Shown here: piece by piece, positions 27,918 through 39,230 of the stretch
Numbering within the stretch: position 1 is the stretch's first letter
How the letters are laid out: each line of letters opens with the position of its first letter
Notes under the pieces: model-generated
Seen by the model: only the letters and a program-made list of their open reading frames with translations
Databases searched by the model: none
Told to the model about the DNA's origin: nothing
Source: Dimorphilus gyrociliatus
Taxonomy: Eukaryota; Animalia; Annelida
Reading direction: 5' to 3'
Length of the DNA: 64,000 bases
NCBI GenBank assembly: GCA_904063045.1
Contig: CAJFCJ010000006.1
Location: forward strand, 3,302,408-3,366,407
Program-made: the position numbers and the translations under genes

Positions 27918-28475
27918 GATATTACTTGATTTTCATAATTTACATTTAAATTTCAATGTGCTTGTTAAGTTAAAGACCAAATAAATAAAGCATGTTTACA
28001 TCTTGATTACAAACAGTTATTATTAAGGAAATTAGCAATTAATAGTCATAAATTACATTTAAATCTCCTAATGAAATATTAGTGTCGTATTTCAGCTATA
28101 TGCTAAAGAAAAGGGCTAAATTTGTAGTTAACAAAATATGGTAAAAGAGACTTAGTGGGAAAAAACCAAAATACTTTTGCATTCATTCAGCTTTAGCTAA
28201 GCAGAAATAAATCTATAAAAATGTAAGTAATAAAATAAAAATCTTCAAATAGGTGGAAAAGATAAAGAATAATGCCTCTTTATGAAATAATTATGACTAG
28301 AGAGACTATTGAAATTCAGAAAATGGTCCTAACTATAAAAATGCCGACTGTTAAAACTATTTTTGAATAGTTACTATAAAAATAAATTGAAAATAGGATT
28401 AGTTTACAAGAAATGAAATAATTAATTTAAAAAATCATAATAAATACATTCAAATACTGAAAGTGAGATAGAAAA

Positions 28476-31400
28476 ATGGGACTATTTCTATATACTACTT
28501 TTGTTATATTTCTTGTAATATTTATTAAAACTATAACAACTTCTGAAAACAATGGAATAGATTCTTCAAATAAACAAATAAATCTTGGTTAATATAGTTA
28601 ATTAAGCCAATTTATGAATATTCATTTAATTAAATATGTTAAAGGGGTTTTAACAGCTAGTGAACTAAGCTCAAAAAGACTAGAATTATACTTGAATGCG
28701 GCAAAATATGCTCTTCAAGGATATAGATTAAATAATGAGAGAGTTGTGAATTATACTCTTACTAGTCATCTTAAATCATTTAACGATCAGTCATCCTCCT
28801 GCGACCTTGGTGCAGACTTCTACTTTCAGGGTAAAGTTATTAATTAAAATCAGTGATAGTTTTTCAGTCTTCCATATGTAATTCTTTTCTAATAAATCAC
28901 AAAACAAATATCAGTAAGAGATCTGAGAGACAAGAATATAACAGATGCTGCTATTGTAATTTTAAGAAATTCAAATTACATAAAAACTGCAAAATTTGTG
29001 CTGTCAGCTGTAAAAATTCCTATATATTTAGCTTATTTAAACAATAACGATCAAGATTATAAAAAGTATTTTCTTTTAAATGCACTCATTAACGAATTTT
29101 GGTGGTTTCGTAAAGTTTTATTCATAGTAGAATCATGTAAGTCATAGAATTTCAGATAAGGATATTGATAAGATATCAAAATCTAATTATAGATGATTAT
29201 TTTAATGGTTTTGCTAGGACATTCTACGAAAGACGTATAAAAGTTAAAGTGTTTCTTATAACTAGTTGCAAAATTGATACGAAAATTCTAGCAAGATATA
29301 TTCAAAGTGAATGAAAAAAAGATAGATATTTTTTTTTTTAAAAAAACAAAACTAGAATAGCAAACTAATCATTTTTTACTTTTAGGTTATAAAATGTTTG
29401 TTGTAAATGTAAGAGAAAATGTTTGGTCAGATATTTTTAAAATTGCCCAAAAGCTTGATAAATTTAGGTTTGCAACGACATGGATTTTTACTTCTTATAC
29501 TTTTAGAGAAGTATTAAATTCTTCTATATTGCATATTGGTTAATAATTAATATACTAATATATATGCAATTACTTAATAGCTATTAGCCAATCGACAATT
29601 TTGGAATTCTGCTATTTCAAAGTCCAGATCTAAATCAACATTTTTGGCAATAAATGAAACATTCGAATCATCAAAGCTTTGGAAAGAAGTAAAGAATGAT
29701 AAAATGTTTAATTTTAGTCAATTAATATATGAATTAGAACAATCTTGCAATAATAAGACTTTCGGAAAGGAATGCGTAAATTGATGATCATTTAATTATA
29801 ATCGTATAATATTTATCATTTTTTCCGTTTTTCCTTAGATCGAAGGATTATCATTCACTTCTGGTTTAATATCAGCTATAAAATATCTTATAAAAAATGA
29901 TAAAGTAATTGAGAAATCCGAAGATAATTTTATAAAAGAAATAAAATTTCAAACATCAACTCCTTCGCTTGTAATGTTTGTAAAGAATCAATGGGAAGTT
30001 GTGGGAAATTTTAGTCCAACGTCTTATATCAATAAAGGTTTAAACTTAATGGTAGATCCAAATCTTAAAAATGTTTTCCTATCAATTTTCCGAGGATCTT
30101 TAATTTCGCAAAATTTTACAATTTTTGCCCAAAAAGTAACCATTTCTGTTTCTAGTTATGCTGTATATATATAAGTTTTTTTTTGTCTTTTAACTAATAG
30201 GGTTACCCTTTCTTAAACAAGAACAACGACGGTATTTATGCTGATATAATAAACGAAGTAAAATATCAATAAGCCTATATTGTATTTTATTTTTTTAAAC
30301 TAACGAAATTAATGGTTTTTTATGTTAGTTACAAAAGCAATTAAGTTTTCACTATGAATTTGTAACTAACGAAACAAAATCTGATATAAGAATAGAAAGA
30401 TTCTCAAGAATAAAACAAAAACATGGAAATATTGTTCATTTGTTTTATGAAAATTTAGAAACTGGTATACTTACAAATTTATCATCATCACCAAATATTG
30501 TCAATCAAATTATGCATCTAATTAAATGGAATGAGCTTAAATACTTAGTTTTAATATTTGGTGTCATGTTTTGTTCATCAGCCTTTTTATTAAGTTCCTT
30601 ACCTAGGCAAACACCATTCTCTTCATCAAAAGAGAGTAGAGGTAATGTATTTCACATTATATATATTTAATGTATTAACCTTTAGGAAAGATTAATTACC
30701 CCTATTCTATAAAATTATATAATTAACAGGGCCTATTTATGATATAGAGATATTTACTTTAGTCGAATTTGTACTTTTACCATTTCTTCATCTAGTATGC
30801 TTATTTTCTATTTGGAATTACTGTTTTTTATTTACCTCGTTTCTTTTTTTAATTCTAAAGACACCCAGTCGAGCGTCACATTTTCTGACTAATAATATCT
30901 TGAACCTTGTTTGGCTGGCAATTGCTCTCAGTTGGTACGTCTACTTAAGAAGTAAGATCACAGCCCACTTAATCTCAACAAGTTCTTTACCGAAAGTGGT
31001 GCAGCTAGAACATTTACAAGACATAAGACATAATTTAGATTTCCGTTATGAGAGAGGTTTAGAGCCTATTTTAGATAGTTTAGAGAAGGATCTTTGGTGG
31101 TTTAACTTTACAGAAAAAGTGAATGGTAATAAGTTATTAGATAACTATTGGTCTTTAGAAGGAATTCAGAAAGGTCTTTCAATTTTCTATTAAATATTTC
31201 CATTCGATTAATATAAATTAGCTAATAAACACTTAATTTAGGTGGAAAAGGGCAATTAGCCTTAATTACTTCCGAATATAGTCTAATGAGCAGAATATCG
31301 AAGCCACCGTGTCATTTAATTGTAAGAAAATCATTGAAAAAATATCTTCTTACTGCTCTTAGTTTCTCTTCAAATTTTAATTTTCAACCTCATTTCCAAT

Positions 31401-31555
31401 TGGCTGTTAAGAGACTTAGAGAAAGAGGGAAATTACGAACAATAATAGATAAGTATGTCAGAGGCATGTGCAATACAAGAAACTATAGAAAACATCAGTT
31501 AGATTTTAATAAATTTTCACCATTGAGTTTTGGTTCTTTTAATGATGTTATTTAA
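28476..31555 (+). CDS. Highly divergent ionotropic glutamate receptor-like protein (signal peptide, ATD, S1, M1, reduced pore loop, M3, S2; M4 apparently missing)
   Basis: About 11 phase-consistent exons. S1-like GYPFL...DGIYADIINE/LQKQLSFHYEF; M3-like VWLAIALSWYVYLRSKITAHL (cf. WFFTLII.SSYTANLAAFL); S2-like PPCHL and RLRERGKLRTIIDKY...MC. Confidence 0.68.
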
Positions 31556-32014
31556 CTATTATTATTAATTATTTGTTGAATATTGATTAAAAATTAATAA
31601 ATAATTAAATATTATAAACCTGTAATAAATATTTCCCGGAAATTCAATGTATGCTATCTAGATTAATTATATTTTGGTTCAGATGATTAGTTACCAATCT
31701 GAAAAGTGAAAATTGCCATTCTACAGAGTTTGCTTCCTTTGAGTCATTTAATAAATATTTATTACTTTCAAGACAAGGTTTTCTATCTTTGACCAAATTA
31801 GGAAAAAATAAATATAAGTGGCGAACCCTGGTGTTGATAACTCATTCTCAGCTTCAGCGTTCAAGTTATTCAACTAATAGCTTACGGCTGTTTTAAGTTA
31901 ATCAAAATTAGCGTTTTATACCATATACTAAAATAGACATAAAAGGCTATTTTTCGTAAACATCATCTGTTGATTTCCGATTCTTGTGCTTAGATAAACT
32001 ATTGTTGGGCGATA

Positions 32015-32866
32015 ATGCAGGTATTTAGCTTTAACACATGTAATTGGATATCATATAGAGATTTATTTAGAATCCGAACGAAGATACTGAATGGAACGAT
32101 ATCCTACGAAAACATAATATTCTACCACCAAAAGAGGAAAAGAAGGAAGAAGAGATAGAAATTGTTGAGCCGACTGCGGAAGAAAAGCTTTCTTCCTTAA
32201 ATATAGACAAGCTAAATGAGCTGGAAGACGAGATCGACGACGAAGATGAAAAGATCTTCGAAGAATATAAAAGAAAAAGAATTCAGGAAATGATGGAAGC
32301 TCAAAAAGCTGCAAAGTTCGGTAGTGTACTTGAGATAAGTAAGGCCCAGTATGTAACAGAAGTAAACGAGGCCGGGGAGGAAATATGGGTAGTAGTTTTC
32401 ATATACAACAACAGGTGAGATACTTTTTATTAAAATTTTATATTTTCCTACTGTTACATTTTATTATCAGAGTGAAAACATGTAAATACATTGATGAGTA
32501 TTTGAGGATTATTGCCCAGTTACACCCTTATGTAAAATTTGTTAAAGGAGTCTCTGAAGTTATGATTCAGAATTATCCTGATAAGAATTTACCTACTTTA
32601 TTTATCTATAAGAATGGCGATATGAAGGCTCGATTTATTGGTAATGCAAGCTTTGGTGACAGTTTAAAGACTTGTGCAGGTATTAAACTTACTCAGATGA
32701 TCTAACTTTGATATTTGTATAAATTAATCCCGTATCATATGAATATATATTTCTATCTCTATTTATAGCGTTTGAACAACTACTAGTGAAAAAAGAGGTG
32801 CTTAACGAAACGCTTGTACAACCCGAAGAAAAGAATAATTACAAAGATGATTCCGATAGTGATTAA
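32015..32866 (+). CDS. PDCL3: Phosducin-like protein 3 (PhLP2/Viaf), 4 exons
   Basis: MQ/NPNEDTEWNDILRKHNILPPKE, KFGSVLEISKAQYVTEVNEAG, IQNYPDKNLPTLFIYKNG. Confidence 0.93.
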
Positions 32867-33008
32867 CTTCATAATTTTGTAAGCCTTTAGCTAATTGGAA
32901 ACAGTTTATTCTCTCATCAAATAGAAATTGTAAAATTAATATCACACTCTATTTCTTTTAACCTATATTCTAAGAGCTCGGGCGATCTCAGAGTTTAGAG
33001 TACTCTAG

Positions 33009-34391
33009 TCATGCCATACTCTTTGACAAATTTTCGGAAATTTTATCCAAAAACTCGAATGTATTCAGGTAATCTTGTCTCTGGACGCTGCGAGGAGAAA
33101 GGAGGAAAAAGATAAATGTTTTGTAAGAGAATGATTAAGTCGTAAAATCAACTTACTTTGCTATTCCCTTAATGCATCCTGCCAAATCTTTCGTCATATA
33201 TCCACTTTCGATGGTATTGATGCAAACTTGTTCCAAGGTCGAAGCGTATTTAGCGAGTTGGGTATTGTTATCCAACTTAGCTCTGTGAGCCAAACCTCTA
33301 GTCCAAGCGAAAATTGATGCAATTGGATTGGTTGATGTTTCCTTTCCTTGTTGGTGCATACGGTAATGTCTGGTGACTGTTCCGTGAGCGGCCTCACTCT
33401 CAACAGTTTTACCATCAGGACAGATTAGGACAGAGGTCATCATACCCAAACTGCCATAACCCTGGGCAACGCTGTCGCTCTGAACGTCCCCATCATAATT
33501 TTTACAAGCCCAAACGAATCCTCCTTCGGACTTTAGCGCTTGAGCTACCATATCATCGATAAGGCGGTGCTCATACCAGATATTAGCTTCTTTGTACTTA
33601 GTTTCGTATTCTTTTTCGTAGATCTCTTGGAAAATATCCTTGAATCTGCCATCGTATTTCTTCAAGATAGTGTTCTTTGTGCTCAAATATAGTGGAACCT
33701 TTTTCGACAAAGCCATTTGGAATGAACTATGAGCGAATTCTCTGATACTTTTATCAGTATTGTACATAGCTAAAGCAACACCACCACCTTCTTTAAATTC
33801 AAAAACTTCAAAGTTCATAGGTTCTGTACCATTGGAAGGAGTGAATTTAATTTCAAGTTTTCCTTCACTAGGAACTACGAAATCGGTTGCTTTGTACTGA
33901 TCACCATAGGCATGACGACCAATGATTATAGGTTTGGTCCATGGTGACACGAGCCTTGGGATATTCTTGCAAATAATGGCTTCACGAAATACGGTTCCCC
34001 CCAAAATATTACGGATAGTTCCATTGGGACTCTTCCACATTTTTTTCAATTTAAATTCCTCGACTCTATTCTCATCAGGCCTGTATTTTGCAAAAAAAGA
34101 CATGCATGTATAAGTCTTCCATTAATAAAAAAAAGCCGGTAAGTATATGCTGGAATCTACTTACGTAATGGTGGCACACTTGATGCCAACACTGTACTTT
34201 TTTATGGCATTAGCACAATCAATAGTGACCTGGTCGTCGGTCGCGTCACGATTCTCCATTCCTAAATCGTACGAATGAATATTGAGGTCAACAAATGGGA
34301 AGATGAGTTTTTCTTTAATTAATTCCCAAATGATTCTTGTCATTTCATCTCCTTTAACTTCAACAACGTCTCCACCCTTAATTTTACCCAT
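33009..34391 (-). CDS. IDH1: Cytosolic NADP-dependent isocitrate dehydrogenase, 3 exons
   Basis: [67 protein letters not shown]; no mitochondrial presequence. Confidence 0.96.
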
Positions 34392-34667
34392 GGTATATGT
34401 TTTTTTGATTGTAGCTAACAATGAAAACTCGATATGAACAGACTGAATGTGCTGTATTGGACTACGTTTGCCACGCTCTATAAGCAGACGAACTTTGACC
34501 GGATAAGGTGACTACGCACGTGACTTGACTAAACTAGAGCCATCTAGTTTTAATAATGTCACAATATAATTTAATTTTTTATTTAAGAGATTGTTTGTAT
34601 ATTATTTTCATTCAAAAATATATTTTGCATTCATTCGAACAATGAATTATATATCGTATTACACTAA

Positions 34668-35951
34668 ATGGGAAAAACTTTACAAATGGATAACAATATG
34701 CGAACTTTGGATAGTAGCAAAGTTATTATTAATATATTAACATAATAAATAAAGAAATAAATTAATATCAATAATGAAAAAATAACGAATTCCCTCTTTT
34801 TTTGTTTTATTTGTAGAAAATCCCCTGAATCCAACTATAGAGGTGTCTTCATACTCTTTTCTAAGATTTTAATTGGCATCATTTTATGTAAATAATTGAA
34901 AAATCAATAGAGGAAATGTTTTAATTTAATAAACAATAAAGAATATAATTAAAATAGATATAATAACAAAATTTTGTTCATTCTCTTTTTAGTTATTACT
35001 TTGATAACTGATGATAATTTGCATAGTTTTACGAAAAGGTCGGAAAATGCTGCCCTTCTCGCAATTGGAAACATTGCTAAATCCAGTCTTAATTCTATTT
35101 TTAGAGAGAGAATCAATCTAGCAAAAAGTAGTCTAGGTTGCATTATTATATTAACCTTTTACTTAGCATCTATATTGTGAATACAAACTAATAAATTCTA
35201 GGAGCAGAAGTTGTTGATTGGTCTAGGACATTTAGAGGCATTAGCCATAGAAAATATATCTTTGGTATTCTACCAATCATGGATAAATATCTATCTCCCA
35301 GTATTGTCATTAAAGTAATAACCAAGTATTTGGTTAGGTGGAACAAACTTGCAATAATTACAATTTTTTATATTTAGGATTCTAGACAAGAGAGTCTCTG
35401 TTGGCCTATGGAAGGCAAACATGGTTTTATAATAATCAAATTATCTTCGTCATCTCATATTCATTCAATAAGTATAGAATATGACGAAGTTCTTTCATGT
35501 AATATATATAATAATAAGAGGAGTGACGCCCCTAAAGTTATACACTTTTTTGTAAGTTGAAATAATATAAGAGAAGCAAGTTAATTACAGCAAATTCAAT
35601 AAATTAAATTGTATTTTTTCGATTGTAAACAAAAAACAGGGTTTGAAATCGAAAGTGTCGTTAACAGCTAAATTAAACTTGGGAACGATTCATTATCCGA
35701 AAGGAAGCAGGTATGAAGAAGTAAACGTACAAAAATCGCAAGTAAGTTTCGTTAGTTAAAAACTAATGCAAATCTTTCTTTATAAACTTCTTCTTTGCTT
35801 CTTTACTCCCTTCTTTGTTGTTTACACCAATGAAATGAAATAGTTAAACAAAGTCTTTACACATGTAAAAGCTGAAATAGAAAGTAATCATGGAAATGAG
35901 GAATTTACTTGCATTCGAAAGATCAGCGTTTACGGTCTACCAACAGAGTAA
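34668..35951 (+). CDS. Short SUN (Sad1/UNC-84) domain nuclear-envelope protein, multi-exon; 5' exons less certain
   Basis: One TM, then RINLAKSSLG/AEVV...LSPSIVIK...LCWPMEGKHGFIIIKLS...SIEY...SDAPK and terminal VKAEIESNHGNEEFTCIRKISVYG (SUN C-terminal consensus). Confidence 0.75.
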
Positions 35952-36062
35952 AAAAGAAGAAAAAACAGAGAGAGAGAGAGAAAGAGACTAAAAAATAACA
36001 AACAAGTTTTAGACGTTATTTGTAGTTGTTTTTTTTTTAGCAGTAAATATAGATAGGTGCTA

Positions 36063-37966
36063 TCAGATGACTAGTAATTGATGAACTGTTGTTGCTAATT
36101 GTTGGATCAATTGACGGCTATGATCCAAATATTGAGCGCAAAGTTCTATCATACCAAACTTTATCATTCTTCTTCGAACGTCAGAGTCTCTTAGGATCGG
36201 TAAACAAGCCCACAAACCAACGTGTAGGGTTGCTTCATCCGAGATGGCGTTCCGACAAATAAGACAAATGTCATCTAAGCATTCTTTTATAACATCCTCG
36301 GGAATAATGTCGGCATGAGTCAACTGCCCTAGAATTGCTAGGCAAGTATAACGCAATTTTGGGGAATATTCACAGATAGTAGTAAGGCTTTTTGTAAAAG
36401 GAGAAATGCCTCTAAGCACCAATGATCGACCACTTTCCGTATCAACAAAATAAATAATTGCCTGAGTCAGCTCTTCATAAACGACCTTGTCTTTGTGTTC
36501 AACGCTCGCAAAGGAATCTATACAAGCTGACGCACAGCCTCGTTCGATCAGATATTCCAGATGTTCACCTCGAGCTAGGTTACGAACAATTCCAACAGCG
36601 TGTAAGACTTGTTCATTGTCCTTGGAATGGCCTCGAATAATCGATGGCAAATGTCTTATTAGTTTCGATCGTACGATTGCCGAGTGATTAACGGTATTCA
36701 TCGCCATATTTCTAACACAAACCAAGGCCGATCTCTTGCAAAGTATGCTACCGGATGTTACTAAATTTGCAAGAACCGGCAGTGCTCCCATTTGAACGAT
36801 AGCGAATTGTAAGCCTTCGTGCCAACTGAGATTCTTTAAAGCGGTGGAAGACTGTTCCTTAATTCTTGTGTTCCACGAGCTTAAAAAATGAACAAGACGT
36901 TCAATTAGTATACGATATCTTATATCGCTTATTAGATCTATATAAAGTTCATTCATAGCCAAATTTGACAATATGCCAACGCTATAATTAATTATAACAT
37001 CATCTCTACTGTGAAAAAGTTCAATTAACAGTTCCATTCCATCATGATCAACGAATATTCCTTGGGCCTCCTCCTCCATCGTCAAATTTAACAAAGAACC
37101 AATTACATTGCGTCTTATACATAGACTCCCTTTGCTGGCCAAATGCAAAAGTTTTAAGGTAACGCCAGCACGAACCAATTTGTGACGATTTTTAGTCGAA
37201 GTTGCTAAACGAGCTAAAGTTGCTGTTGCCGCATACGAAATTTCCCTATTATCGAACGACATTAGATCAATAATAGCTATATAAGCTCGACATTCGATTA
37301 ATGCATCTGCGTTATAAAAAGATATTGTATTTGCTGCCCTTATAGCAGTCTTTACAACACCTTCAAAATTAATTGAAGATAATAAAGAAGCTAAAGGTGC
37401 AAGCTGATCGCTATTTGCATCCGCTATGGCCTCTTTATGATTATTACCCCATTCATGGTAAAACAGGGCTGCACAATGTTGAAGGTGGGCACTGTCAGAA
37501 TAGGCCAAAGTCACCAAAGATCGCATGCAATTTTCATCCAATATGTCGTAGTCTTGTTGTAAAAGAAGGCGTAAAGCAGCCCGCTCCTGTTCAATCATAT
37601 GGCTGTCTCTCATAACAGCCCGAGCATCGATTACTTTCCAGCCCGGAAAGCAACCGCAGGTGACTACTGAGAGTAAAACTTCCAATACTCGACGCAGAAA
37701 GGTAACTATTTTGTCGCTAACCCCTTCTTTATAAATGCCATCCTCGACTAAATGCTCATACGGTTGATATGACGGAAGTTCTCGAACACAACCAACATGA
37801 GGCTCAACTATGTGGCCAGTATCTAAAAGTTACGCAATAAAATAAAAAATTGTATTGGTTATTATAAGTATACATCAACATATATATATATCTTCAAAGA
37901 GTAAAATAGTATCAACTCACTGCCAATAATTTGAGGTGGAGGTATATCCTTCAGATTAGATGACAT
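36063..37966 (-). CDS. VAC8-like: Vac8-like armadillo repeat protein, 2 exons
   Basis: EQERAAL...RSLVTLAYSDSAHLQHCAAL, RRNVIGSLLNLT, IKEQSSTALKNL, ALVCVRNM, HAVGIVRNLA parallel successive yeast Vac8 ARM repeats. Confidence 0.78.
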
Positions 37967-38178
37967 TTTTACTATTTACGTCGGTCTTGAGTGTAGCTTG
38001 TGGCCTATGACCAGCTTTTGTGCTAACAAAGAATATTACGCTTCAACTAATTTGATAATCATATAGTATTTAGATTTTCAATTTACCTTTAAGAATGAAT
38101 AGTAGTCGATTTTCACAAAGTAGAAAATTCAATTAAGGTTTAAGAGGAGAAATTAAAAATTTTTTTTTTCGCGCGGAA

Positions 38179-38367
38179 TCACGTGACAATGTTGTACTTT
38201 TTTTAGTTTAAAGAAATATCGTCTGCTATAAGGACACTATTTTCGTACAATAATAATTAATTACAAAATTCTTGCTATATGAATACTACAAGAAAATTTA
38301 TTTTATCGAACGTGAAACATCGATAATGTTCTTTAAGAAGACATTTAAATGCCAAAAGCGCCATCTG
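38179..38367. promoter_or_regulatory. Divergent promoter region of the Vac8-like gene and ADCY9, with E-box and CTCF-like motif
   Basis: TCACGTGAC 38179-38187, GTCTGCTATAA 38221-38231, GCGCCATCTG 38358-38367. Confidence 0.45.
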
Positions 38368-39230
38368 CAGAAGGGATTGAGTCAAGTGTTAGAAGAGCCG
38401 GACGCAAACGGCGAAAAAATCTCGTATAGGATGAATTAATTGTGGAGTTTTTTACGATTAACGCCGTTATATATCAAACAAGCGTGTTCTGTTACAAGGA
38501 TCGACGTTTTTCCAATAGTGTCTCGATAATATTTCATCGTCTACAAATGTAACTGATTGTTATTGATTGATTTGAGCGAAATAAGCTAGAGCTCTCGATT
38601 TATCGATTTTTAATAGAATACTCTGACGAAGGTAACCGAATTGTTTATTTTTTATTTAGATAACCTTCCTCTGATAATATGGATTGCGATTTATGGTTTA
38701 GTGTAATATGCCACGCTGTTCAGCTAATTAATTTAGCAGTCTTAATTTTTCCAGCATATATCTATGGTATATATGGGTTATAGTATATGCTGTTTCAATT
38801 AAGAGCCGGGAGAAAGCATAGATATTATATATATATATATTTAATAATATATCTTACATAGCATTTAAACAGTGCTTTCGCACATTCAATTATCGTATGT
38901 GCTATAAATCATCTTTGCAATATATTGAATCTACTGTATGTATGCTCAACATACGAAATAATACGATATATATACACTAGGTTTTATCTCTTATTATATA
39001 TTTGTGTGTACATTAGATGTATATATTAAAAACACGTATAGATAAATGTATTTATGCATATTTACAGTTTATATAGAATGTATACTGTTAGATTGTAGAC
39101 TCTAGACTGTGCAGCACAGTCTACAACATATATCAGAGAAGAGAGACTTGAGCCAAAAAGTTATTATACGTAATTTATTCAGTGCCGCTAGTAAAACGTT
39201 TGAGGAAAGGATTAGTGGCGCGGATTATCT

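Noticed and set aside
34392-34510. Open reading frame extending upstream of the IDH1 ATG (possible targeting extension)
   Set aside because: No in-frame ATG before the upstream stop, and the region overlaps promoter motifs.
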